DNA of 40,814 nt, taken from the NCBI GenBank assembly GCA_017451625.1, contig JAFTNY010000014.1, forward strand, positions 1-40,814, written 5' to 3'. The notes below the pieces were generated by a model. The model was given only the letters and a program-made list of their open reading frames with translations. It was not told the DNA's origin and made no database searches. Positions 8,089 through 17,819 of this stretch are shown here, one piece after another (the first letter of the stretch is position 1; each line of letters starts with the position of its first letter). The DNA comes from Alphaproteobacteria bacterium. Lineage in GTDB: Bacteria > Pseudomonadota > Alphaproteobacteria > Rs-D84. Both the position numbers and the translations under genes were made by a program.

Positions 8089-9516
8089 ATGAATATTCAA
8101 TTTTCTGATTTGATTGAAAATGCCCCACACACCTCTGGCGTGTACAAGATGTACGATGCCACCGGCAACCTGTTATACGTGGGCAAGGCCAAGAATCTTA
8201 ACAACCGCCTGCGCCAGTATTTAGATATATCGAAACTGGAATTACATAAACAGGTTATGCGCACGCTGGTTACCCGCGTTGAATGGGAAACCGTTCCAAC
8301 CGAATCAGACGCACTTATTCGCGAACAAGAATTAATCAAAACACAAAAACCAAAGTACAACATTATGCTGACCGATGGGAAAATGTACCCCATGTTGGCA
8401 CTGACCCACAGCGACTTTCCGCGCCTGTTAAAATTTCGCGGTCGCATTGCACAACGACGCGACGTATACGGCCCATACCCATCTGTTTCGGCATTAAACG
8501 AAACCATAAAAACAATTCAGCGCGTATGCCAAATTCGCACCTGCACAGACACACAAATGCGCAACAGAACGCGCCCATGCCTGCTGCATCAAATCGGACG
8601 CTGCAGCGCACCATGCTGCAATCCCGACAAACAAAAATACGCAGAAAACGTCCGTATAGCGCGCAAAATACTAACCGGCGATAGTGCCCCAATCATCGCA
8701 GACCTAAACACACAAATGAAAAAGTTTGCCGCCGAAATGGATTACGAATCTGCCGCCGCCATACGCGACAAAATCACCGCACTAACCCACACATCAAATC
8801 GCGGTATACGGCACGAATCGCCGTATACACCAAATTTAGACTGGAACAAAAACGTATCAGAACTAGAAAAATGGCTAAACATAAAAATCGGATTGGCTGG
8901 CGTATTTGATAATTCACACTTGTTCGGCAAACAACCTGTTGGTGCAATGATAACATTCGGCCATAACGGATTTGAAAAATCTGGCTATCGCCATTTTAAA
9001 CTGCATGACAAATCACGCGCCGGCAACGACATCGCAATGATGTCCGAATTTGTAAAACGTGCAACCGAACGCGGCCCAAAACTGGATTTAATTATTGTTG
9101 ACGGCGGCCCTGCGCAATGGCGCATTGCAAATCGCGCCGCGAACGGCATCCCCGTATTCGGCGTTACCAAGGGGGTTGTGCGTGACGGCGACGAACACTT
9201 TATACTGCCCGACGGCACAGAATATCATGACCTGCCCAAAGATTCTCAACTGTTTCTGATGCTGCGCGCCGTACGCGACGAAGCGCACCGTTTCGTAATC
9301 ACATATCATCGCAGTGTTCGCGCCAAACAACTAACTGCATCTGTACTGGACGAAATCGACGGCATCGGCCCAGCACGAAAACGCGCCCTGCTTCAACATT
9401 TTGGTTCCGTTCGCGCAATAATGGATGCAGACCTGAACGCACTAAAACACGTATCTGGATTGGGAAAAAATGCCGCCGAAAAAATATATGCCCATTTTCA
9501 TTCAGAAGTGATATAA
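8089..9516 (+). CDS. uvrC: Excinuclease ABC subunit C (compact, 475 aa)
   Basis: GVY..LLYVGKAKNL GIY-YIG domain, Cys cluster, UVR motif, FDNSH, IVDGG, RDEAHRF, HhH motif GIGPARKRALL. Confidence 0.95.
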   Translation: MNIQFSDLIENAPHTSGVYKMYDATGNLLYVGKAKNLNNRLRQYLDISKLELHKQVMRTLVTRVEWETVPTESDALIREQELIKTQKPKYNIMLTDGKMYPMLALTHSDFPRLLKFRGRIAQRRDVYGPYPSVSALNETIKTIQRVCQIRTCTDTQMRNRTRPCLLHQIGRCSAPCCNPDKQKYAENVRIARKILTGDSAPIIADLNTQMKKFAAEMDYESAAAIRDKITALTHTSNRGIRHESPYTPNLDWNKNVSELEKWLNIKIGLAGVFDNSHLFGKQPVGAMITFGHNGFEKSGYRHFKLHDKSRAGNDIAMMSEFVKRATERGPKLDLIIVDGGPAQWRIANRAANGIPVFGVTKGVVRDGDEHFILPDGTEYHDLPKDSQLFLMLRAVRDEAHRFVITYHRSVRAKQLTASVLDEIDGIGPARKRALLQHFGSVRAIMDADLNALKHVSGLGKNAAEKIYAHFHSEVI

Positions 9517-9556
9517 TTACACCATTCATATATTATTAACCCAAAGGAGAAAACAT

Positions 9557-10156
9557 ATGAAATTCTTTGTTAACTTTTTATCTGCATTCCGCATTGCTGC
9601 GGCATTTGCAATTATTCCAACATTAATGTTCGAACTGTATTGGACGACGTTCATTCTGTATGTTCTGGCGGCCATGTCTGACTGGTTCGACGGTTATCTG
9701 GCACGCAAATATAACGTCTGCACCAAGATTGGTGGCGTTATGGATCACATTGGCGATAAATTATTGGTTGTAAACACCCTGATTATGTTAACCGTAATGA
9801 TGCCAGTATGGTTTATCGTCGTCCCTGTAATATTAATGGTCGCACGTGAACTGTACATATCCGGCCTGCGTGAATTTCTGGGCACCCAGAAAATTGAAAT
9901 GCCCGTCCCCAAGGCGCGTTTTTCAATGGGAAAAATCAAGACAACATTACAAATGATTTCGATTGCGGCATTCTTGCTAATCTTTGTCATCAGTACAATG
10001 ATTACCCCCAACACAGACAGCCGTACCTTAATGTACTTAATCTATACCCTGCCATACATTGGCATTTGGGGCCTGTGGTTGTCCTTGGTTGCATCACTGT
10101 GGTCTGCAACCCAGTACACCCAAACATTCTTGGGACATATGAAAAAGATAAAATAA
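9557..10156 (+). CDS. pgsA: CDP-diacylglycerol--glycerol-3-phosphate phosphatidyltransferase
   Basis: DWFDGYLAR..G..DHIGDK CDP-alcohol motif, ARELYISGLRE, GKIKTTLQM; conserved uvrC-pgsA order. Confidence 0.92.
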   Translation: MKFFVNFLSAFRIAAAFAIIPTLMFELYWTTFILYVLAAMSDWFDGYLARKYNVCTKIGGVMDHIGDKLLVVNTLIMLTVMMPVWFIVVPVILMVARELYISGLREFLGTQKIEMPVPKARFSMGKIKTTLQMISIAAFLLIFVISTMITPNTDSRTLMYLIYTLPYIGIWGLWLSLVASLWSATQYTQTFLGHMKKIK

Positions 10157-10175
10157 AAAAACGCGCTATACGCAC

Positions 10176-10201
10176 AAAAACCGCCGTATACGGCGGTTTT
10201 T
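10176..10201. terminator. Bidirectional intrinsic terminator
   Basis: AAAAACCGCCGTATACGGCGGTTTTT between pgsA and dnaJ. Confidence 0.9.
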
Positions 10202-10209
10202 AATTATCA

Positions 10210-11340
10210 TCAGAACCAACTTTTTTTATCACTTTTGGTTCCGGCAAATTCGTTCAGCAACTTCTTTTGCTTGTCCGATAACTTCGTTGGAATTTTTATC
10301 GCGACATCTATATACAGGTCGCCAAATCCACCCGCACGACGCGCCGATGGCATACCATGTCCACGCACACGCAACTTTTCACCAACCTGCGTTCCACTGG
10401 GCACCTTGACCGACAATTTTTTATCATCAATGGTTTCAATCTCAATCTCGCCCCCCAGTGCCAATGTCGTAAATGGCACATCCATGCGCATAATCAAATC
10501 ATTGCCATGGCGTTCAAATCGCTTGTCCGGCCGCACACGAACATCTAAATAGAAATCCCCTGCCGGCGCACCGTTGATGCCTGCCTCGCCCTGTCCGGCC
10601 AGACGCAACCGCGCCCCATCTTCGATACCGGCTGGAATTTTAACTTCTAACGTACGTTGTTTATGTTGTGTTCCTGTGCCATTGCATTCGCTGCAAGGTT
10701 TACTAATCTTACGCCCCAGTCCATTACAGTCTGGACATGGTTGTTCCATCGCAAAGAACCCTTGGCGTGTCTGCACAAATCCACTGCCCCCACATCGACT
10801 GCACACTGGTGCCGGTTCACCATTACTGGTACCATGCCCATGGCATTTTGCACATTCTACATTACTGGAAAACTTTACAGTATGTGTCTTACCAAAGAAC
10901 GCATCCTTTAAATCAATTACCACTTCGTCCAGTAAATCGCGTCCACCACGCTGGGGTGCACCGCGCTGTGGTCCACCACCAAAATCGCCAAAGCCAAATC
11001 CACGCATTGCCTCGCGCAGGATATCTTCCATCCCTGCGCCGCCCCCCATATTAAAGTGAAACGCCCCATTACCAAATGGATTACCACCACCAAAACCGGC
11101 ACCGGCACCATTACCGCCGGCGAACGCCGCATCACCAAAGCGATCATACGCCGCACGTTTTTGCGGATCTTTTAATATATCGAACGCGTTATTAACTTCT
11201 TTGAACTTTTCTTCTGCGTCTTTGTTATCTGGATTTCTATCTGGATGATATTTCATAACCAGTTTATGGTATGCCTTTTTAATATCTGCATCTGACGCAT
11301 CGCGGGCCACGCCCAAAACTTCATAGGGATTTTTATTCAT
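10210..11340 (-). CDS. dnaJ: Chaperone DnaJ
   Basis: J domain with HPD, G/F-rich region, four CxxCxGxG zinc motifs, C-terminal domain. Confidence 0.97.
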   Translation of the reverse strand: MNKNPYEVLGVARDASDADIKKAYHKLVMKYHPDRNPDNKDAEEKFKEVNNAFDILKDPQKRAAYDRFGDAAFAGGNGAGAGFGGGNPFGNGAFHFNMGGGAGMEDILREAMRGFGFGDFGGGPQRGAPQRGGRDLLDEVVIDLKDAFFGKTHTVKFSSNVECAKCHGHGTSNGEPAPVCSRCGGSGFVQTRQGFFAMEQPCPDCNGLGRKISKPCSECNGTGTQHKQRTLEVKIPAGIEDGARLRLAGQGEAGINGAPAGDFYLDVRVRPDKRFERHGNDLIMRMDVPFTTLALGGEIEIETIDDKKLSVKVPSGTQVGEKLRVRGHGMPSARRAGGFGDLYIDVAIKIPTKLSDKQKKLLNEFAGTKSDKKSWF

Positions 11341-11475
11341 TTTTATTGGTCCATATATTTATTCGTTATAAAATATATAGCCCCCACAGCAAAAAAATCA
11401 ACCCCCAAATACGATTTAGGTTGAAATTCTTTGGGCTTGCGAAAAAATCAAAAATGTTCTAATAATAAAAGCATC

Positions 11476-13455
11476 ATGACAGACAAGAAAACAAACACAT
11501 ACGACGCATCAGACATTCAGGTACTCGAAGGACTGGAACCGGTTCGCCTGCGCCCTGGGATGTACATTGGCGGCACAGATGAAAAGGCATGGCATCACCT
11601 GCCGATTGAAATTATGGACAATTCGATTGACGAAGCCGTCGCCGGCTTTGCCAAGAAAATCACCGTAAATCTGATTGATTCAAAAACGATTGAAATCACC
11701 GACGACGGCCGCGGCATTCCTGTGGATGAACATCCAAAATTCCCAAACAAATCCGCACTAGAGGTTATTTTAACAACCCTGCATTCTGGTGGTAAGTTTA
11801 ATAATAATGTTTACAAAACCAGTGGTGGTTTGCATGGCGTTGGTTCTGCGGTTGTAAATGCCCTGTCATCTGAAATGGTGGTTGACATTGCCCGCGATGG
11901 CTATAATTGGCACCAGACTTTTTCACGTGGTATCACCACATCACCAATGACGCGTGGCGAACCAACGAACAAACATGGTACAAAAATCCGCTTTACAATC
12001 GACGACGAAATCTTTGGTGCGAACGCGACATTTAAACCGGTTAAAATATATCGCATGGCACGTGCCAAGGCATTTCTGTCCCGCGGTGTAAAAATTGACT
12101 GGTCTTGTAATCCGGCCCTGCTGACCGAAGATATGAATATTCCTGCCACAACCACATTCTATTATCCAAATGGGGTGGCGGACTTCTTGGCAGAAAAGAC
12201 AGATTCCAAACCACGCATTTTACCACGTATTTTCAGCGGCAGTGTTGACTTTCCCGATGACTGTGGTCGTGTTGAATGGGCATTAACATTTTTAACCGAT
12301 GAAAATGGTGCGGCATCTGACGATGGCTTTTTCTCGTCCTATTGCAACACAATCGCAACAATTGACGGCGGCACACATGAAACCGGATTCAAATCTGCAA
12401 TTACCAAGGGAATCAAGGCATACGGCGAGAAAGTAAATAACAAGGCCGCCGCAACCATTATCGGCGACGACGTATTTGATTCTGTTGCTGCAATCGTATC
12501 TGTATTCTATAAAACACCACAATTTTTGGGTCAGACCAAGGAAAAATTATCAAACCCTGAAATCGCCAGATATACTGAAAACGCACTGCGCGATCCATGG
12601 GAAATGTTCTTGGCATCTGATCCGAAAACTGCGAACGCCCTGCTGGAATTCGTAATCAATCTGGCAAATGCGCGCATCAAAACAAAACAGGTCAAAGACG
12701 TTGCACGCAAAACCCCGACCAAACGCATTCGCATGCCGGCGAAACTGGCCGACTGTTCCAAGCATGGCATTGCCGGCACAGAATTATTCATCGTCGAAGG
12801 GGAATCGGCGGGTGGCACCGCGAAACAGGCACGCGATCGCGCGACTCAGGCCATTATGCCCCTGCGCGGCAAGGTTTTAAATGTAATATCCAATTCGGAC
12901 GAACGCTTTGGTAATAACCGCGAACTAAACGATTTGATTGACATCATCGGGGCCGGCACTGCCAAAGATTGGAACGAAGACAAATTACGCTATGAAAAGA
13001 TCATCGTCATGACCGATGCCGACGTTGACGGCAGCCACATTGCATCACTGCTGATGGCGTTTTTCTATCAGTTCATGCCCCAACTTATTTATGGTGGGCA
13101 CCTGTATTTATCATGTCCGCCATTGTATAAATTAACCTGTGGCACCGAATCGATTTACGTTGACACTGACGAAGAACTGGAACGCTTAAAAACGACAAAG
13201 TACAAAAATAAAAAAGTTGAGATTTCTCGATTCAAAGGGTTGGGCGAAATGATGCCAAACCAATTAAAAGAAACAACAATGTCGCCAAAAACGCGCCGGT
13301 TAATTCGCGTTGACCTGCCACCCAGAACCGACGACGGCATCGAAGACACTGAAAAAACACGCACAATCGTGTCTGAATTAATGGGTAAAAAGCCAGAATT
13401 CCGATTCCGCTTTATCACAGAACACGCCCAATTTGTCAAAGACCTGTTTGTGTAA
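11476..13455 (+). CDS. parE: DNA topoisomerase IV subunit B
   Basis: LEPVRLRPGMYIG, DNSIDEA, GLHGVG, PLRGK, TDADVDGSHI, RFKGLGEM. About 660 aa without the proteobacterial GyrB insert; ARKTPTKRIRMPAKLADC is alphaproteobacterial ParE-like. ATG 11476 preferred over TTG 11431. Confidence 0.85.
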   Translation: MTDKKTNTYDASDIQVLEGLEPVRLRPGMYIGGTDEKAWHHLPIEIMDNSIDEAVAGFAKKITVNLIDSKTIEITDDGRGIPVDEHPKFPNKSALEVILTTLHSGGKFNNNVYKTSGGLHGVGSAVVNALSSEMVVDIARDGYNWHQTFSRGITTSPMTRGEPTNKHGTKIRFTIDDEIFGANATFKPVKIYRMARAKAFLSRGVKIDWSCNPALLTEDMNIPATTTFYYPNGVADFLAEKTDSKPRILPRIFSGSVDFPDDCGRVEWALTFLTDENGAASDDGFFSSYCNTIATIDGGTHETGFKSAITKGIKAYGEKVNNKAAATIIGDDVFDSVAAIVSVFYKTPQFLGQTKEKLSNPEIARYTENALRDPWEMFLASDPKTANALLEFVINLANARIKTKQVKDVARKTPTKRIRMPAKLADCSKHGIAGTELFIVEGESAGGTAKQARDRATQAIMPLRGKVLNVISNSDERFGNNRELNDLIDIIGAGTAKDWNEDKLRYEKIIVMTDADVDGSHIASLLMAFFYQFMPQLIYGGHLYLSCPPLYKLTCGTESIYVDTDEELERLKTTKYKNKKVEISRFKGLGEMMPNQLKETTMSPKTRRLIRVDLPPRTDDGIEDTEKTRTIVSELMGKKPEFRFRFITEHAQFVKDLFV

Positions 13456-13461
13456 ATTGCA

Positions 13462-13908
13462 ATGTTGTGGATGCTGATATTGTTTTCTGTGTATTCTGTC
13501 GGGCGTGTTTTGTCGCAACACGAACTGAATGCGATATTAAACGCAACACGCCCCACAACTAAAAAGCGTAAAAATACATACATCATCAAACCAACGTTTT
13601 TACACCGTTTCAAAATCATCGATAAATTGACCAACTGCCCTGTGCCGGTGGTATCTATCAATGGCACACCTGTGAAAAACGCTTTTGCATCGATACTTTT
13701 ATCTGGTCGCGCAGCACGCCAGATTGCCGAATCAGAATCCGTCAGCCGAACATACACAATAACCGAATATCTGGACAAACAAACGCTTAAACCTGTATTA
13801 ACCCTGTTGCCAAACAAAAACATACTGGGCCCATCAGACGGTATTTCCCGCCTGAACCACGCAACACGCCGCGATCTGTATTACCAAATACACACAAAAC
13901 AAAAATAA
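13462..13908 (+). CDS. Hypothetical protein, paralog of 13976-14503
   Basis: Shares KKxKNTY, P[VL]PV[VI][ST][IL]NG, EYLDK[QE]T.KPV and RLNHA[TS]R with the next ORF; start uncertain. Confidence 0.75.
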   Translation: MLWMLILFSVYSVGRVLSQHELNAILNATRPTTKKRKNTYIIKPTFLHRFKIIDKLTNCPVPVVSINGTPVKNAFASILLSGRAARQIAESESVSRTYTITEYLDKQTLKPVLTLLPNKNILGPSDGISRLNHATRRDLYYQIHTKQK

Positions 13909-13975
13909 GCGAATATATTGACAACCGATTATTTTGTACTATATTATACTCAACCAAACCAAAGGGATTTAAATT

Positions 13976-14503
13976 ATGGGACTGTTTGATACGTTGAAAA
14001 CAAATAGAACACAACCAACACCTGTTGTTTCAGAACAACCTGTGCAGGCCACCATTGCGCCAACACATATCAGTAAAAAGAAAAAGAACACATACACAAT
14101 AACGTTTAACGTGTTGGCCCAACTGAACCTGTTCAGCATGTGTCGCAATACACCACTGCCCGTCATCACATTAAACGGCAAACAACAAAACACCGACATG
14201 GGCTGGCTGTCATCCAAAGATTTTCCAAACCCATGCGCATCGGATATGGCACAAAAACACAAAGTCCTGTCAGAAATCTTGGGACCAAAATTGTCATGCC
14301 AAATTATCGAATATCTGGACAAAGAAACCGGCAAACCCGTTGTCCAAATCTATCCAGAATCAATGTACGTATTTGACGAATACAACGACAATTATATGCA
14401 ACGTCTGAATCATGCATCACGCCAAGATATGCAACACCAAATATCTTTGCGTGTAAAATTGATAAATGACTTTATTGAAAAGAACAAATTACAACAACGA
14501 TAA
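13976..14503 (+). CDS. Hypothetical protein, paralog of 13462-13908
   Basis: Own TTGACA (13918) promoter-like sequence and AAGGGA RBS; paralogy with the upstream ORF. Confidence 0.8.
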   Translation: MGLFDTLKTNRTQPTPVVSEQPVQATIAPTHISKKKKNTYTITFNVLAQLNLFSMCRNTPLPVITLNGKQQNTDMGWLSSKDFPNPCASDMAQKHKVLSEILGPKLSCQIIEYLDKETGKPVVQIYPESMYVFDEYNDNYMQRLNHASRQDMQHQISLRVKLINDFIEKNKLQQR

Positions 14504-14532
14504 AAAAATCCCGCAAACGCGGGATTTTTTTT
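14502..14532. terminator. Bidirectional intrinsic terminator
   Basis: AAAAAAATCCCGCAAACGCGGGATTTTTTTT. Confidence 0.9.
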
Positions 14533-14551
14533 CTGTCTTTCCATCATCTGT

Positions 14552-15970
14552 TTATTGGATACCGACGCGGAACTCATCACCCCAGTTGGCAACAACCTGT
14601 CCACCAACTGTGCATTGAATGTCTTCAAAACCATTTTCAACTTGGTTCTTTTTCACAACATTACTGGTTATCAATCCACCGGCCGTACCCAACACAACAC
14701 CGGCCACAGAATCTGATACCAAACGCGATGTATTAAATTTACCTTCTTCATCTTTCCACACACTGACATCAAACCCTGCACGAATTTCATCCAATGTCTT
14801 TGATGCGGTCTTGATACGCGACTTTATCGCAACGATAATGGCGGCCTGCTCTGCGGCTTCGCGTTCCCTGCGCGCATCTTCTGTTTCGACACATTGATCC
14901 CCAGAAATCACCTTTTTTGCATCCGCACATTTACATTTACTTTCCAACTGATTCCATACGGCACCACGCACACTTCTGCACGCAACAATATCAGGGTTTT
15001 CAATACACTTTGCACCATCAAACCAGAAATTCGCCTGTGTACACTTGCATTCTTTACCGGTCCAGTATGTACCTGTGGCGGCCTCACACGCACGTTTTAA
15101 TGCGGCAATATCTGTTATTTTACATGTCTTGCTGCCTGCGTCCCACTGATAATTTGCATCAACACATACACACTCTTCACCTGCTAAACGCAGATTCTTG
15201 GATGCCGCGCAACTGCACGCGCCACCCGCCCATGTACCGCCACTGTCTTCACAGTTTTTGCGCTTTATAGCAGTTTGTTGTTGCTGCTGCCGTTGCTGTC
15301 TGCGCTGTCTGGACGCTGCTGTTTCTTCACATTGTTTACTGGCCGCAATAAATTCATAGTCAGCACTGACACATTCACACGCGGTCTTGCCCGTATTTTG
15401 CTTTAATTTTTTACCCGCATCACAGGAACAAACACCACCTGCATATGTTCCCCCTGAATTTACACATACCGATTCACGTGTATCGGCAATACACGCCGTC
15501 TTATCGGCATTTGGAACAAAACCGGCTTTACATTCTACATAAATACATGCCGCACTGCCTTGAAATACATCCCAATCCCCCAAACTGGTTGAAGATGTCG
15601 CACGCCCCTTTAATCTATATGTCTTTTTGGCATTTGTTAAATCGATACCAGAAACACTGGCAGCCTTTAGCTGCGAATTATCACAAAATACCCCTGGCTC
15701 ATAATTTTCAAACGAATTGCTAAAGCCAAATGTACACTGATACAGCCCAACAACATCGCCCAAACCATCGACATACGGCACAACATCATGATTACCACAA
15801 GAATTACCACCTAATCCACAACCCCAGCATTGATTTCCAGACGGATCTGCCTGAACCCAACCATTCGGTTCATACCAACTAAACGATTCACACGCCAGCA
15901 ACTTGCACCCTGCATATGCATTCATTGAAACAAAACACATTGCCAATACCGCAAACAACGCTTTTTTCAT
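14552..15970 (-). CDS. Exported Cys-repeat protein with coiled-coil segments and C-terminal glycine-zipper-like helix
   Basis: Signal peptide (AYA); four C..(S/T)G(G/T/A).W/Y...C.C modules; Q/R-rich helix; SVAGVVLGTAGGLITS near the C-terminus. Confidence 0.85.
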   Translation of the reverse strand: MKKALFAVLAMCFVSMNAYAGCKLLACESFSWYEPNGWVQADPSGNQCWGCGLGGNSCGNHDVVPYVDGLGDVVGLYQCTFGFSNSFENYEPGVFCDNSQLKAASVSGIDLTNAKKTYRLKGRATSSTSLGDWDVFQGSAACIYVECKAGFVPNADKTACIADTRESVCVNSGGTYAGGVCSCDAGKKLKQNTGKTACECVSADYEFIAASKQCEETAASRQRRQQRQQQQQTAIKRKNCEDSGGTWAGGACSCAASKNLRLAGEECVCVDANYQWDAGSKTCKITDIAALKRACEAATGTYWTGKECKCTQANFWFDGAKCIENPDIVACRSVRGAVWNQLESKCKCADAKKVISGDQCVETEDARREREAAEQAAIIVAIKSRIKTASKTLDEIRAGFDVSVWKDEEGKFNTSRLVSDSVAGVVLGTAGGLITSNVVKKNQVENGFEDIQCTVGGQVVANWGDEFRVGIQ

Positions 15971-16129
15971 TAATTCTCCCCTTTCTCACCACCGAAACTA
16001 AACTATGTCTAAATTCGGCACAATTTCCTATACCTATCACATATATTTTACCACATTTCTTGGGATATTCCAAACATAAAAACGCCCACAACAACCGCAG
16101 GCGTTAACGAAAGAAAAGAAACTTTTTTA

Positions 16130-17413
16130 TTATTTGCATTCACAAACCAACTGTTGAATCTGCGCGGCCAAAACCAAATCACATGCCTTTTGTTTTTCAA
16201 TCTGCTTGATACCATACAGAACTGTTGCATGATCACGTCCGCCAACAAAATTACCAATTTCCGCCAAAGACAAAGATGTCGCTTCTTTCAAAACCGCCAT
16301 CATCGTCTGACGTGCCAGAACCAATGAACGGCTGCGTCCATTACCACACACAGCATCATATGACACACCCAATTTTTCACACATATCACGTACCATTGCC
16401 ATTGGTGTTTTTACCGCCTGCAATGTATCCGCCAACAGACGCGATGCCACATCCATATCAACCGCCGCACCCATCAGGTCAACATATGTTTTAATTTTTG
16501 TTGCAACACCTGCAATCATATGTCCATCATTTGCAATACGTGTCGCCAACAGGTCTGCAACATCCGCCTTGACCCCTGCGCGTTTCAGCATTGTTGTCTT
16601 GACATATGCATTTGGCGCAACAACATCTGCAACCAAACCCGATGCCATCAAACCCTGTGCATGACGATCAAATCCTGTCAGGTTGCTTGGTGCCGCGTTC
16701 GCAGTCAAAACAACATTCTTGCCTGCATTGCGCAAATCAACAACCAACTGCAAAAATTCTTCGGTCGATGCTTTTTTGCCAGACAACGCCTGAACATCAT
16801 CCAAGATAAATGTTTCGCAATTACGGCAATAATCTTTGAACGCGAAAACATTGTGTTCTTTCAAACTGCGTGTAAATTCTGAAACAAACTGTGCGCCACT
16901 CATCTTGACAACGCGACCCGATGCGGCACCTGCAATGCAATCTGCCAACAATGATTTACCACATCCCGCCACGCCATAAATAAACAATGGTGAAAAAGGA
17001 ACCAAACCTGCCGCCAACTTTTTGCATGCCGATACAACAAACATATTTTCATCTGTTGTAATAAATGCATCAAATGTTGCCGCCACATCTGCTGCTGGGG
17101 TTGCAACCGGTGCATATGCCTGTGCCTTGTTATCATTTGCGATTGGTGCCGCGCCGCGTGCCGCTGTACCACGTACAACAATATTCAGCCCCAAACCAAA
17201 TTCCGCCGCCACCGCCGCCAGAACACCCGAATGAACACTGTTAATAAAATCTGCTGAAAACTGGTTCTGCGCCCCCAGTACCAATGTATCATCAACCACA
17301 TCAAACGACAAAGGTGCAATCCAAGATGTAAACGCAGCAGAATCAATTTTCGCGGCAATGGCCCCCTTGATAACTTCCAAGTTTGTCATTTGTGTTTTTG
17401 CCGCTGCCTGCAT
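16130..17413 (-). CDS. dnaA: Chromosomal replication initiator DnaA, divergent
   Basis: Domain I FTSWIAPL, TFDAFITTDEN, SPLFIYGVAGCGKS (Walker A), ILDDVQ, domain IV LARQTMM..SLAEIG..GGRDHATV; GGAG RBS before ATG 17413. Confidence 0.85.
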   Translation of the reverse strand: MQAAAKTQMTNLEVIKGAIAAKIDSAAFTSWIAPLSFDVVDDTLVLGAQNQFSADFINSVHSGVLAAVAAEFGLGLNIVVRGTAARGAAPIANDNKAQAYAPVATPAADVAATFDAFITTDENMFVVSACKKLAAGLVPFSPLFIYGVAGCGKSLLADCIAGAASGRVVKMSGAQFVSEFTRSLKEHNVFAFKDYCRNCETFILDDVQALSGKKASTEEFLQLVVDLRNAGKNVVLTANAAPSNLTGFDRHAQGLMASGLVADVVAPNAYVKTTMLKRAGVKADVADLLATRIANDGHMIAGVATKIKTYVDLMGAAVDMDVASRLLADTLQAVKTPMAMVRDMCEKLGVSYDAVCGNGRSRSLVLARQTMMAVLKEATSLSLAEIGNFVGGRDHATVLYGIKQIEKQKACDLVLAAQIQQLVCECK

Positions 17414-17819
17414 GTCGTTTCTCCTTTCCTTCCCCGAAAGAGTTTCCTGCCTGAACCGGTTTCTTTCCAACAACCCACACTTTTTTTCAGGTTGTAAAAG
17501 CCACCCACACAAAATACCGTTTCCCTGCCCTTTCCAACAGAATCACGATATTTTAATTGTCCTACTTTTAACTCTCTCGCTCGTTTCTTTTGTTTTGAAA
17601 TCTCTTTCTATCGTGGCTGTTTTTTCAGACCAAAATAAAAATCGATTCCTATTTTTTTGATTACCTTTTATCGTTTTGGATACGTCAAATAAGTTATAAG
17701 ATAATTTTTAGTTTACAACCAAATATTAACAAAAAAACTCACTTTTATTTTTTGACAACGATTCGTTTTTTTGCCAGATTTCTGGACTTTGTATATACAC
17801 TGTATAGACATTTTTTAAT

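Noticed and set aside
11476-13455. gyrB
   Set aside because: It lacks the long proteobacterial GyrB insertion, and the linker and C-terminal motifs match alphaproteobacterial ParE better.
17414-17819. oriC next to dnaA
   Set aside because: AT-rich, but no consensus DnaA boxes were seen and there is no visible change in strand skew.
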